Shown piece by piece: positions 1-9,499 of a stretch of DNA of 27,093 nt (its first letter is position 1; the number at the start of each line of letters is the position of its first letter). The notes under the pieces were generated by a model that searched no databases, had not been told where the DNA came from, and saw nothing but the letters and a program-made list of their open reading frames with translations. A program made the position numbers and the translations under genes. Source of the stretch: a virus (Duplodnaviria; Caudoviricetes); IMG/VR virus record IMGVR_UViG_3300027806_000816, positions 1 to 27,093 of that record; one strand, 5' to 3'.

Positions 1-256
1 ATGTTTCATTGTCTGTTTTCCAATATCGATCTTCATTATTCAGTTCTGGAATATTTTCTAAATCTACACAATCATAATATAATATTGGTTTGTTTTCGTC
101 ATCCTTTTTTATTTCCCATGTTCTATGGTTAGAGCAATCTGCTTCAAAATGATAAACACAAAACTTTTCACACTCTTTACAATTGTTATCAACTGAACAT
201 AATTTACGATTACGATTGAGTTTATTATAATAAAGCTTTTGTCTTGACCTATTCAT
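1..256 (-). CDS. Cys-rich hypothetical protein, N-terminal part (runs off window)
   Basis: Not in the ORF track. ATG at 256, open to the window edge: MNRSRQKLYYNKLNRNRKLCSVDNNCKECEKFCVYHFEADC...; starts 10 nt after the stop of 267..1871. Confidence 0.75.
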   Translation of the reverse strand, partial: MNRSRQKLYYNKLNRNRKLCSVDNNCKECEKFCVYHFEADCSNHRTWEIKKDDENKPILYYDCVDLENIPELNNEDRYWKTDNET

Positions 257-266
257 AGTAGTTTTT

Positions 267-1871
267 CTATTGGTTTTTTATAATAATTAATTTTTTTGTT
301 TTATCGTCTGGATCTAATTCTAGATTAGGAGTATAATCTTTAGATGGAACATATACGCTCTTATTTACATTCTCTTCTAAACGTCCACTACTATTTAAAT
401 TATTAACATAGGTAGCAGGATGCTCACCAAATTTATCCCATTCTCTAACCCATCCAACATTATCTATAAAAAATATTTGATTACCTTCTTGGTCGGTGGG
501 AGTTAATAGACTAGAATAAAAAACATTAGCATCAGAAGAATTTTCTTGTTTTATTGGATCAAGATTATATGGTCGAGACATATTTTTAGCATCAGAATCG
601 GTAAAAGAGGGTATATCATTGAGGTTAATATCTCGTGTTGGTTTATCAAAAACTATGCTTATAGTGCTTTGTTCCATACGATTATTAAGAACCGCAGATT
701 GCGCTATACTTATAGAAGATATATAGCATTCGTTGATTATGTCACAATCTGTAAATTGATAACAATAGCCAGTATATTTACATACTTTCTTATTATTATC
801 ACATTTTGGCATAACAGTAAAACTGCCTTGAATTTGATTTATTGTGTCTTGTAAAAGATTAGCTATTTTAATTTTATTTTGAATAATTATATTATCATTA
901 TGTGGCACTTGATTATTTTGAAATAGTTTAAAAAAATTATTCCACGTAAGAGAATTGAGATTTAAAACTTTCTCTAAATTATTTCTCATATATGCTACAG
1001 CTTCTTTTTTTGACCATTGTGTATTATAATCAGCTGGCATTTTAAGAGCTGGTATTATTGATGATTTGACATCGACTACTCTTTGCATACCTGGAGAATC
1101 TTTTGGTCCATCTGTTAGTGTAGAACTAAATACTTTATGATATTTAAGTTTAGCAAGAAGTTTTCCGTCTGGAATATTAATTTTATCAAAATATAATATA
1201 GCTGATGTTACTTCTTTAAAAGAGACTTTTATTACTATTTCTCTTTCTCTACTAGGATCAACTAGATTATTAAAACTACATAATAATTTAGCAGGCATAC
1301 CCCTATTATCATCGTCTGGACAACTAAATGATTGTGTGCAAGGTCTCATGTCTAGATCTAATGCTGATGGCGCTAAATATAAACTTAACCTCATCCAATC
1401 TGTAAAATTTAATTCTACTCTATCTTTATTACCAGTATCAATACTAAATAAAAGATTGAATTTTTCTTTTCCTTTATCATATAAACGGAGTGTTTTACTA
1501 CTTGGTAGTTTAAATGTTTTTGATTTATTATTAATATATGTCGTTATCCTAGATACGTTTTGTTCTTCAAAACATTGCTTAAATATATTTTCAAAATTAC
1601 TATTTTTTATCGAATGTAGTTGTGTTTCGTAGTTGTTGAGATATATGCTTGGAGATTGGGCTGGTTTTTTTCTCCAATATCCACCACAGTCACCATCGTT
1701 TGCTTCTCGTTGTTCTTCTTTTGGAATTCCTTTATCATTAACAGATGCAGCATCAAACGCATACTCATCATATCTAGGTTCACCATCAGAAAACAAGCCA
1801 TTATGGAGAATTATTAAATCAAAATCTTCTTTCATTTCTTCAATTTCTGCATCTGTAAAATTTTTTGACAT
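267..1871 (-). CDS. Hypothetical protein, 534 aa (possibly virion-associated)
   Basis: Long ORF, TAATG-coupled to the upstream gene; no motif recognised. Confidence 0.8.
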   Translation of the reverse strand: MSKNFTDAEIEEMKEDFDLIILHNGLFSDGEPRYDEYAFDAASVNDKGIPKEEQREANDGDCGGYWRKKPAQSPSIYLNNYETQLHSIKNSNFENIFKQCFEEQNVSRITTYINNKSKTFKLPSSKTLRLYDKGKEKFNLLFSIDTGNKDRVELNFTDWMRLSLYLAPSALDLDMRPCTQSFSCPDDDNRGMPAKLLCSFNNLVDPSREREIVIKVSFKEVTSAILYFDKINIPDGKLLAKLKYHKVFSSTLTDGPKDSPGMQRVVDVKSSIIPALKMPADYNTQWSKKEAVAYMRNNLEKVLNLNSLTWNNFFKLFQNNQVPHNDNIIIQNKIKIANLLQDTINQIQGSFTVMPKCDNNKKVCKYTGYCYQFTDCDIINECYISSISIAQSAVLNNRMEQSTISIVFDKPTRDINLNDIPSFTDSDAKNMSRPYNLDPIKQENSSDANVFYSSLLTPTDQEGNQIFFIDNVGWVREWDKFGEHPATYVNNLNSSGRLEENVNKSVYVPSKDYTPNLELDPDDKTKKLIIIKNQ

Positions 1872-2119
1872 TAATAATATATCCTGATTGGGTAATTGGG
1901 TGAAAATGTAATTATATTATTGTGTGATAATTCAGGAGATATTGATAGTGATCTATATAATATATTATTTCTACCAATAATAGATCTAGAATAATGAATA
2001 AAGCCATTGAAATTATTATTGTTGGTAATATTATTATTGGTACTATAATTTATAAATTGACCAAAATAAGTTATTAACTTATTATTATTTATAGTAGAAT
2101 TAATAATAAAATTAGACAT
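1871..2119 (-). CDS. Asn-rich hypothetical protein
   Basis: Fills the gap exactly and overlaps both neighbours. Confidence 0.65.
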   Translation of the reverse strand: MSNFIINSTINNNKLITYFGQFINYSTNNNITNNNNFNGFIHYSRSIIGRNNILYRSLSISPELSHNNIITFSPNYPIRIYY

Positions 2120-2756
2120 AATTAAGCTTTATGCTTTCTATTTGATTTGTACTAAATCCAAATGGTGACATTTTTTGAATATGTTGAATTTGATCATTTT
2201 TCCACACATTACCATTCACAATAGTATTAATACCTGTTTTATTATTTAAATAAGCACAAGCAATTATATTGTCATCAATATTATCTAAAAATAATCCAGT
2301 TGATGGATAAACAATATTTACACCACACTCTAATAATATTTCACAAGCTTTAATCAATAATTGGTGATCAAATTTGCGATATTCTAATATATATCTAAGT
2401 TGAATATTATGATTATTACATAATGCTATATTTTTTTTAATATCATCTCTAAATTTAGCGTATTTTCTATTTACTACGTTAAAGTATGGCATAGTAACAC
2501 TGACAAAATTTATGCCAATATTTATTGTATCTACGATTAGATCCTGTCTACGCTCTATATCAGAAGAAGCTAATGGATAATCTACAAAACAACCTAGTTG
2601 AATTTGAGATGATAATGAACAATTTTTTTTTATATATTTAATATGATGAATTGTTCCAAGAATACTAGATATTGGATACTGAATAACTGTTTCTATATTA
2701 TTTTTAATATCGATTTCTTTATCGTCAATATTATTAAGATAATATTCTATAAACAT
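2112..2756 (-). CDS. DeoC/DERA-like TIM-barrel protein, catalytic lysines missing
   Basis: CFVDYPLA ~ DeoC TVIGFPLG; LRYILE ~ LKVIIE; GVNIVYPSTG ~ GADFVKTSTG. Confidence 0.75.
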   Translation of the reverse strand: MFIEYYLNNIDDKEIDIKNNIETVIQYPISSILGTIHHIKYIKKNCSLSSQIQLGCFVDYPLASSDIERRQDLIVDTINIGINFVSVTMPYFNVVNRKYAKFRDDIKKNIALCNNHNIQLRYILEYRKFDHQLLIKACEILLECGVNIVYPSTGLFLDNIDDNIIACAYLNNKTGINTIVNGNVWKNDQIQHIQKMSPFGFSTNQIESIKLNYV

Positions 2757-3421
2757 TTAGTAAGTTTTTTCTTAATATGATCAATAGATTGATATGGACT
2801 TTCTCCAAAAATACCATCAGCAAAACCATAATACACCGATTCTTCCGAATTTAATATCCAATCAGATTTATTAGATAATTGAGAAGTTATATGTTTTTTT
2901 ACCATAGATCTCTTCCAGCTTTTTTCTTTAGCCATTGGGGATGTGATACTTTTTTCCGTAAAAATATCAATCATTTTAGAAGCTTCTTTTTCGGTCCATT
3001 TTAAATTACTCAATGCCGCTTTGTGTTCGCCATCCAAAGTTAATGAGCCGTAATGTATTAACATATAAGCATTGGGCATTAAAATTCTAATATCAGCAGC
3101 TTGAAAAATAACACCGCTAGCAGACTCGGCTTTAGCATAAGCTAAACAACCAATTGGAGATTCTGATTGTTGAATAGCGTCATAAATACCCAAACAATCA
3201 GACCAGTCTCCTCCAGGCATGTGCATATGAATAACTATTGGATCATATGATAATGTATTTAAATATCTTAAATTTTTTTCGAAAGCCACAGCACATCGAT
3301 AATCAACACCATTTTCGTCTTCACTGTCCATTAGGTAAGAATGCAAATAAATTTCTCTATTTTCTGGATCAATACCATAATGGTGCAAATTTGTAAGTTT
3401 TTGTTCAAAATTAGATGTCAT
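2747..3421 (-). CDS. clpP: ClpP-family (S14) serine protease
   Basis: HMPGGD..CLGIYDAI, AESAS (catalytic Ser), MLIHYG (His), SDWILNSEESVYYGFAD (Asp). Confidence 0.9.
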   Translation of the reverse strand: MTSNFEQKLTNLHHYGIDPENREIYLHSYLMDSEDENGVDYRCAVAFEKNLRYLNTLSYDPIVIHMHMPGGDWSDCLGIYDAIQQSESPIGCLAYAKAESASGVIFQAADIRILMPNAYMLIHYGSLTLDGEHKAALSNLKWTEKEASKMIDIFTEKSITSPMAKEKSWKRSMVKKHITSQLSNKSDWILNSEESVYYGFADGIFGESPYQSIDHIKKKLTKCL

Positions 3422-3822
3422 AAAAGTATTTCTTTGATTTTATGATTTATAGTATCCATAACTTTACGATCTTCAAATGCTTTACCAAAAGAAATTCTAA
3501 ATCTATATCTTGTAAAAATATCTAATGTTTCTACACCACTAATAGATTGTAATAATTCTGCAACAGTTTTAGTAATATCAAAATTAGTATGCCCAATCCA
3601 AAAATTAAAAATTTTAGTGCAATCTGTGTGTTCATTGAATGGGATGATACCCATAGTTGTTGCTAAAACATTATTTTTTTTGTATGTAGGTTGTTCTATA
3701 TATTCTTCATTATCCTCGATAATAGTGCTTTGATCATATCCTGGCCATTCAACAGCATCTGGATCACTACCATATGGATCTACCCATTTTTCCCAAATGA
3801 TAACTGGTTCAAGATTTAACAT
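3418..3822 (-). CDS. Hypothetical phage protein
   Basis: ATGA-coupled to clpP; aromatic motifs WEKWVDP, FWIGHTNFDIT, GVETLDIFTRYRFR. Confidence 0.8.
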   Translation of the reverse strand: MLNLEPVIIWEKWVDPYGSDPDAVEWPGYDQSTIIEDNEEYIEQPTYKKNNVLATTMGIIPFNEHTDCTKIFNFWIGHTNFDITKTVAELLQSISGVETLDIFTRYRFRISFGKAFEDRKVMDTINHKIKEILL

Positions 3823-4144
3823 TTTTTTGAAAAGTTTCTAGTGGTTTAATAATAGCTGTATTATTGTTTAATGTATAATAATGATTTAGTTTATTTAAAA
3901 TAAGATTAATAAAATGTTCATCGATATTATTCTTATCTTGTAAAGATTTAATAATAGCGTTAAACAATAAACCATTATTTATGGCATATAACATAATAGC
4001 AATTTGATTAGCACTATCATCAGAATAGTCATTATGATTAATAATAGTTTCAATACTGTCGTTGTCTATATGAAAAATTAGTTTAAAAATATTTTTAGAT
4101 TTAGATTTTTTGCGGGAAAATAAATTAAACATATTATAATCCAT
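3809..4144 (-). CDS. Hypothetical protein
   Basis: Overlaps both neighbours in the operon. Confidence 0.7.
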   Translation of the reverse strand: MDYNMFNLFSRKKSKSKNIFKLIFHIDNDSIETIINHNDYSDDSANQIAIMLYAINNGLLFNAIIKSLQDKNNIDEHFINLILNKLNHYYTLNNNTAIIKPLETFQKNVKS

Positions 4145-4523
4145 ATTTTATAGTGTCACCAATAATTGATAATTCATTTGGAATATTGGTATCTATAAAA
4201 TTAAAAGTTTTCCAAAAGTATCCATCATGAGTATCTAATGGGGGTAATGTTAAACCATATAGTATATTTATATTATTATTATCAAATAAATTATTTAATA
4301 TATCATTATTAATAGCTAATAATTGTACTCGATCTTCATAATTATCTATATATTTATCATTAATAAATATAGTTTTAATAAATGTAATGATATTTTTTTG
4401 TAAATTTTTATAATTATTTGGTGTAAATTTTGGAAAAATAATCTTATTTTGATCTATAGATAAAATATATTTTTCATTATTTTTTAAATTGGCACTAACT
4501 ATACTTAGAATAATATTAATCAT
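4134..4523 (-). CDS. Hypothetical protein
   Basis: Tight operon packing; only a vague Nudix-like N-terminus, no Nudix box. Confidence 0.7.
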   Translation of the reverse strand: MINIILSIVSANLKNNEKYILSIDQNKIIFPKFTPNNYKNLQKNIITFIKTIFINDKYIDNYEDRVQLLAINNDILNNLFDNNNINILYGLTLPPLDTHDGYFWKTFNFIDTNIPNELSIIGDTIKYGL

Positions 4524-4524
4524 A

Positions 4525-5172
4525 TTAATTACTCATATTACGAATTTTATCAATGGCTTTTTTAATCCCTTGTCTAACTGCTTCTCTAGTAATAGAAAAT
4601 TTTTGACCAATTTCAGCAAATGTTTTATTTTCAAAATAATACATTCTAATATATTCACATTGTTTTTCAGATAAAATATTATTTTTTGGCGATAATATTG
4701 TTTCAAAATATTCTTTGAGATTTTTATCACTTTCTGCTTTTAATATAATATCAACTGGATTTTGCTTTTCAACACATAAAATATCTAATAATGAACATTC
4801 TTCAGTATTGTCAAAACCACTATGAATGTCTATGCCTCTTTTGCTTTTTTTATTTTTTTTACGACTAACATAGCTTTTTATAGCCCATATCGCACATTGA
4901 TTTCGATATGAATATTTAGTTTTCTGTTGACCAGTTTCTCCTTTGCGGTCTTTATCCCATCTCCAATCTGCCATCATAATACAGTTGGCTACACTGGAAA
5001 TAGCATCTTCACTCTTCAGCATTTCTTTACCGATATTTCCTGGAAAATTTTTGCCAAATTTAGAGATAGCTTTTTGTGCTAGATTAATGTAAAAATCTAA
5101 AGATTCAAACTGTATATTTTGATGATCCTGATAAGCAAGTTTTCTATTACCAACAGATACAATATCTATCAT
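4525..5172 (-). CDS. Phage RNA polymerase sigma70-family factor
   Basis: Region-4 HTH LSEKQCEYIRMYYFENKTFAEIGQKFSITREAVRQGIKKAIDKIR; region-2-like WRWD...YSYRNQCAIWAI; SD AAGGA. Confidence 0.88.
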   Translation of the reverse strand: MIDIVSVGNRKLAYQDHQNIQFESLDFYINLAQKAISKFGKNFPGNIGKEMLKSEDAISSVANCIMMADWRWDKDRKGETGQQKTKYSYRNQCAIWAIKSYVSRKKNKKSKRGIDIHSGFDNTEECSLLDILCVEKQNPVDIILKAESDKNLKEYFETILSPKNNILSEKQCEYIRMYYFENKTFAEIGQKFSITREAVRQGIKKAIDKIRNMSN

Positions 5173-5226
5173 ATATTTTCCTTATTAAGAAGTCCTAATT
5201 TAATTATTATTTGAAGTCTAAACTAA

Positions 5227-6189
5227 TTACTTAGTTAATTTTTTCCATTGTTCTGGATCTGGTCTATCCGGATCGCCTGGTTTTGCAGGTCGATATTTTT
5301 TGCCTTCTCGTTCTTTTTTCTTTCTAATATTATCCCATAGTCCAGGTTTATCACCAGACATGGTTTCCTCAACAGGGGCGGTAACTATAGTATCGTCCTT
5401 TGAGGGTTGAAAAGTATAGTGCGGAAGATTTTTTATCTTAACTTTTTTTTTACGTTCAGATGCTTCTGTATCAGTCTCTGTGCGACCGAACATAACAAAA
5501 TTATGGATTGTTAACATATAGTCTTCCGTCACAGCAATTTTACCCTGTAGCCAGCTTTCTGTCAAGGCTTCTTTTACCGCAGGATTGTCTAATGCTTGTA
5601 ATATAATATTTGCATGTGTCGCAATAGATTTAATAGAACCCACACTCATTTCATAAAAATCATTTTTGTATTCCATAAGTTCTTGTTCTACTGTTTCTTG
5701 TTCCATCTCTTCAACCTGTGTAAAGTCTTGACCTTTAGATTTTTTAATTTCCATTAGTTTTTTCTTTAAAAGTTCTAATTCTATTTCTTTTTCAATTTTT
5801 TCCATTTCTATTTCTATTTGGTCATTTTCTTCTTCATCTTCCTTCATATCATTTTCATATTCATTATTCATTAATTCGCAAGCTTTAATATTTAATTTTT
5901 CTTTGGTAGCTTTTGGTAAAGCTGCGACAAATTCTGGGCCTTTCTTTTTAGCAAAGTTATAGAGTTTCTTTAAGAAAGCATCATAACTCATTTGACCCTT
6001 CATGCGACCAAAATTGCTGATAGCATCTGGAATATCTTGTGGACTAACAATTGGAAATGAGCGAGTTTGTGGAAATAAGAAATCGCTGTCCTTTAAATCG
6101 CTTCTTTTTTTGCCTTTGTATGTTTTTTGTGCAGCTTCTGACAATGTCTCATTTACTGAACCTAAAATATCTTTGATTCGCTCACTCAT
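5227..6189 (-). CDS. Modular highly charged phage protein (DUF6582-like N-terminal module)
   Basis: KRSDLKDSDFLFPQTRSFPI module, Glu-rich coil, ESWLQGKIAVTEDY and KPGLWDNIRKK..GDPDRP modules that recur in large-phage proteins. Confidence 0.75.
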   Translation of the reverse strand: MSERIKDILGSVNETLSEAAQKTYKGKKRSDLKDSDFLFPQTRSFPIVSPQDIPDAISNFGRMKGQMSYDAFLKKLYNFAKKKGPEFVAALPKATKEKLNIKACELMNNEYENDMKEDEEENDQIEIEMEKIEKEIELELLKKKLMEIKKSKGQDFTQVEEMEQETVEQELMEYKNDFYEMSVGSIKSIATHANIILQALDNPAVKEALTESWLQGKIAVTEDYMLTIHNFVMFGRTETDTEASERKKKVKIKNLPHYTFQPSKDDTIVTAPVEETMSGDKPGLWDNIRKKKEREGKKYRPAKPGDPDRPDPEQWKKLTK

Positions 6190-6211
6190 TATTTGCCCCT
6201 TTATAAATTAA

Positions 6212-6721
6212 TTACCATGCTTTGCAAGACCAATATCTTGCTTTCCACTTTGGACCAGGATTATCACAATTGTGTCTAGCTCTAAAACTTTTTCTACGTT
6301 CTGGAATATTCTTTTTGATAGTCATATTAGGATCGCCAAAATTAACTTTAACAACATTACCATTTTCGTTTTTAACATAAACACTAAATTTTTTAGGACC
6401 ATCTGGTGTTCTAAATGGCTTATTAAGAGTGACTTTACGGCCCTGATATTCTGATCCTAAAATTTTGCCTTCTTCATCATATATCTCTGAGGCTTCTATC
6501 TCCCATACAAACTCATCCCATTCATCATCCCATGAACAATTTTGTGCAAAAAGTTCATCATGAACTTCTTCTATTAAATTACCTTTTGTGCGCGTTTGAC
6601 CTAAACAAATAGCTACTCTTTGTTTAGTATCTGGATAATCCTTTTTCATTGTCTCATTACTCATACAGCGAGACACATACTTATTTTTATCTTCGTTTTG
6701 TTTTCTTTTTGGAATGGGCAT
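6212..6721 (-). CDS. Conserved viral basic protein (DUF5754/DUF6321-like C-terminus)
   Basis: MPIP...YVSRCM module plus VNFGDPNM...RRKSFRARHNC...ARYWSC motif; SD AGGAG. Confidence 0.8.
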   Translation of the reverse strand: MPIPKRKQNEDKNKYVSRCMSNETMKKDYPDTKQRVAICLGQTRTKGNLIEEVHDELFAQNCSWDDEWDEFVWEIEASEIYDEEGKILGSEYQGRKVTLNKPFRTPDGPKKFSVYVKNENGNVVKVNFGDPNMTIKKNIPERRKSFRARHNCDNPGPKWKARYWSCKAW

Positions 6722-6740
6722 ATATTATCTCCTTGATAGT

Positions 6741-6752
6741 ATATTATACACC
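6741..6752 (-). promoter_or_regulatory. Putative phage-sigma (late) promoter motif GGTGTATAATAT
   Basis: Intergenic; related motifs at 16205-16218 and 24808-24821. Confidence 0.5.
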
Positions 6753-6763
6753 AAATAATTGGT

Positions 6764-7834
6764 CTAATTATTCATATGATCATATATAATATTAGCTGTT
6801 TTTTGCCATGTTAAATTTTGAGCAGTTTTTAAGCCATTATTATTTGTTCTAATATTATTTTTATATACATATCTCATATATTCAATAGCTTGATCTATCT
6901 GATTTTGTCCGATAGTTGCCCAGTTGCCGCTCTTGCCATGAAACCATATATTATCAATAGCTGATTCTATTTGATCAATATTAATTAGATAAGAATTATT
7001 ACTATTACAATATTCTGTATGCGCTGAATAATTAGTTATAATAATAGGCTTATTCATAGCCATTAATTCTATAGCTTCATTATTCCATCCTTCACCCCTT
7101 GAAGGGAAAATACCACAATCAGCATAAGACATAACATTTGCTACAGTTTTTTGATTTGGTAATCTAGGGAAAAATCTAATTTTATCAGATAATTTACTAT
7201 TTTTATAAAATTCTATCCATTTGTTAGTTTGTTCTGTATTCAAAAATGGATTATGATTCACCATCCATAGTTCTACATCATCATGAGATTCGAACGCACT
7301 ATTAAATATTTCTATTAAAATATCATGACCTTTTCTAATTTCCCATTTACCTATATTAATAAATATATAAGTATTATTTTCTTTTTTATCTTCTGGTACT
7401 ATTCCATTAAAAATATTAGTATCTACTCCTTGTGGACATACTACTATTGGTTTGGTAATACCATTTTGTTCTAAAACGTTTTTAGCCCATTCAGAAGGCA
7501 TAAAAATTATATCTGCTAAATTATAACTTTTTTTATCTAGTTCTTGAATTTTGTCTGTTTCAAAAAATGATAATACTCCATATTTAGAATTACCATATGG
7601 CTTAGTAAAAAAATCATTACTATGCCACAGCTTAAAAGATGGTTGGTTTGGGTCAAAATGAATTTTATTATCAATACCATGTTTAATACAATCGGTATTC
7701 CAATCAGATTCTACATTAGGATGGGCTACAGGAAATAATACTGATTGATTATTTATATCAAATATATGCTTCCATATATTATATCCAGTAATACCATATC
7801 CAGTATAACAATCAATTGGCGAGACTATATTCAT
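6764..7834 (-). CDS. GT4 (GT-B) glycosyltransferase
   Basis: TGYG, PSEW, GVDTNIF, IGKWEIRKGHD, FPSRGEGWNNEAIELMAMNKPII (EX7E motif). Confidence 0.92.
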   Translation of the reverse strand: MNIVSPIDCYTGYGITGYNIWKHIFDINNQSVLFPVAHPNVESDWNTDCIKHGIDNKIHFDPNQPSFKLWHSNDFFTKPYGNSKYGVLSFFETDKIQELDKKSYNLADIIFMPSEWAKNVLEQNGITKPIVVCPQGVDTNIFNGIVPEDKKENNTYIFINIGKWEIRKGHDILIEIFNSAFESHDDVELWMVNHNPFLNTEQTNKWIEFYKNSKLSDKIRFFPRLPNQKTVANVMSYADCGIFPSRGEGWNNEAIELMAMNKPIIITNYSAHTEYCNSNNSYLINIDQIESAIDNIWFHGKSGNWATIGQNQIDQAIEYMRYVYKNNIRTNNNGLKTAQNLTWQKTANIIYDHMNN

Positions 7835-8970
7835 TTTTCATAAACCTTATTGTGAGTATTATTAACTTGTATAAAAGTTGTTTTTTTACCAAAATCTTTA
7901 ATATTGTTAGCGCCAATATAAGTACATGCGCTTCTTAGTCCACCATAGATATCTTGTATAATATCTTGTGCTGTTCCTTTGTATGGTACTATCACGCATT
8001 TGCCTTCATCTGTTCTATAATCCGCCACTCCATTATGGTGTTTATTCATAGCATCTTTGCTACTCATACCATAATATTTCAATGATACTTTTCTTTTTGG
8101 TGAGTTATTGCCTGGATCAAAAGGTTGCCAAAATAAATAATCTGTATCTTTGCCTCCCAAATATTCATATTGCCATTCTCCTTCACACTCGTCAACACCA
8201 GCAAACATACTTCCCAACATTACAAAATCCGCATTTCCACCAAGAGCTTTCGCAATATCTCCGACTACTTTACAACCTCCATCGCTACAAATATGACCAC
8301 CTAGACCATGAGCAGCATCGGCACATTCCATGACTGCGCTCAACTGTGGGTATCCAACACCAGTTTTTAAACGAGTGGTACAAACACTGCCTGACCCTAT
8401 ACCGACCTTGACTATATCCACACCTCCATGAATAATTAATTCTTCTGTCATTTCTGGGGTAACAACATTACCAGCCATAATTATAGAATTAGGAAAAAGT
8501 TTTCTTAAAGATGCTGCTTTTTTAACAAATTGTTCCGTATATCCGTTAGCCACATCTAAGCAAATATTAGGATATGGGTGATGATGTTGGATCGCACTAA
8601 ATACAGTTATAGCCTTTTCAAAGTCTTTATCACTAGTACCAATAGAGTAAAATACTAAATCTCTATATATGATATTGCTTTCTTTATCATATAATTCTTG
8701 TTTATAAAAATCAATATATTCTTGTGCTGAATAGTGTTTGTGTAAACAAGTTATGGCTTGGTGCTTACCTATTGATTTAGCCATTTGCATTGTTCCAACA
8801 GTATCCATATTAGCTACCATAATTGGTGATGCTAATAATTTGCGCTTAGAATATTTGAACTTATATTCTCGCTGAATACAAACCTCGGATCGACTATTTA
8901 GTGTGGATCTTTTTGGACGTATTAACACATCATCAAAGTCCAACTTTAATTCATTAATTATTTTTTGCAT
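7831..8970 (-). CDS. guaC: GMP reductase
   Basis: KLDFDDVLIRPKRSTLNSRSEV, ANMDTVGT, DVANGY, KVGIGSGSVCTTR (catalytic Cys), YGMSS, GGLRSACTYIGA. Confidence 0.97.
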   Translation of the reverse strand: MQKIINELKLDFDDVLIRPKRSTLNSRSEVCIQREYKFKYSKRKLLASPIMVANMDTVGTMQMAKSIGKHQAITCLHKHYSAQEYIDFYKQELYDKESNIIYRDLVFYSIGTSDKDFEKAITVFSAIQHHHPYPNICLDVANGYTEQFVKKAASLRKLFPNSIIMAGNVVTPEMTEELIIHGGVDIVKVGIGSGSVCTTRLKTGVGYPQLSAVMECADAAHGLGGHICSDGGCKVVGDIAKALGGNADFVMLGSMFAGVDECEGEWQYEYLGGKDTDYLFWQPFDPGNNSPKRKVSLKYYGMSSKDAMNKHHNGVADYRTDEGKCVIVPYKGTAQDIIQDIYGGLRSACTYIGANNIKDFGKKTTFIQVNNTHNKVYEK

Positions 8971-9493
8971 TGAAGAAATACCATCTTTTATGAGTATCTA
9001 TATTTTCAGAATTATTAATATGCTCTAAGTAGTGTTTGATTTCATCCCAATTGGAAAAAATCATTTGGTGAGGAATCATGCCGAATAACCAATCTGGAGC
9101 ATGATTTTTACCTTGAGCCATATGTATTATGATAGGTTTTTTCTGGCGGTTTGCCAGACTTATTTCTTCATATGTTCCACAAGCATAGTGATCTAAATCC
9201 AAATTAACTACAAGAAAATCACTTATATCAACCAGTCTTAAGTCTACTGCTCGTATAGTTTTCATCATAGCAGATAATTCATCATATCGTCCCATATGTT
9301 TTAATTTAGTTTTGATTTGATGAGTATCACTATCTTCTAATCCTATATCTGTTGGTTTGCTAATAGGATTAAAAACTATCACACCTAAATTTTCTAGAAA
9401 AGGAGTTATACTATCTCTCCATCCAGTACCACGGTCAGCAACCCTATCCATAGCACCAGCAAGATAAACTCTTTGATTTTTAAGTCTATTCAT
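8954..9493 (-). CDS. Nucleoside 2-deoxyribosyltransferase / nucleotide N-glycosidase-like protein
   Basis: VYLAGAM, VFNP, DLRLVDISD, GTYEE, KKPII. Confidence 0.82.
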   Translation of the reverse strand: MNRLKNQRVYLAGAMDRVADRGTGWRDSITPFLENLGVIVFNPISKPTDIGLEDSDTHQIKTKLKHMGRYDELSAMMKTIRAVDLRLVDISDFLVVNLDLDHYACGTYEEISLANRQKKPIIIHMAQGKNHAPDWLFGMIPHQMIFSNWDEIKHYLEHINNSENIDTHKRWYFFNAKNN

Positions 9494-9499
9494 AATAAT

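Noticed and set aside
4134-4523. Nudix hydrolase
   Set aside because: No GX5EX7REUXEE box
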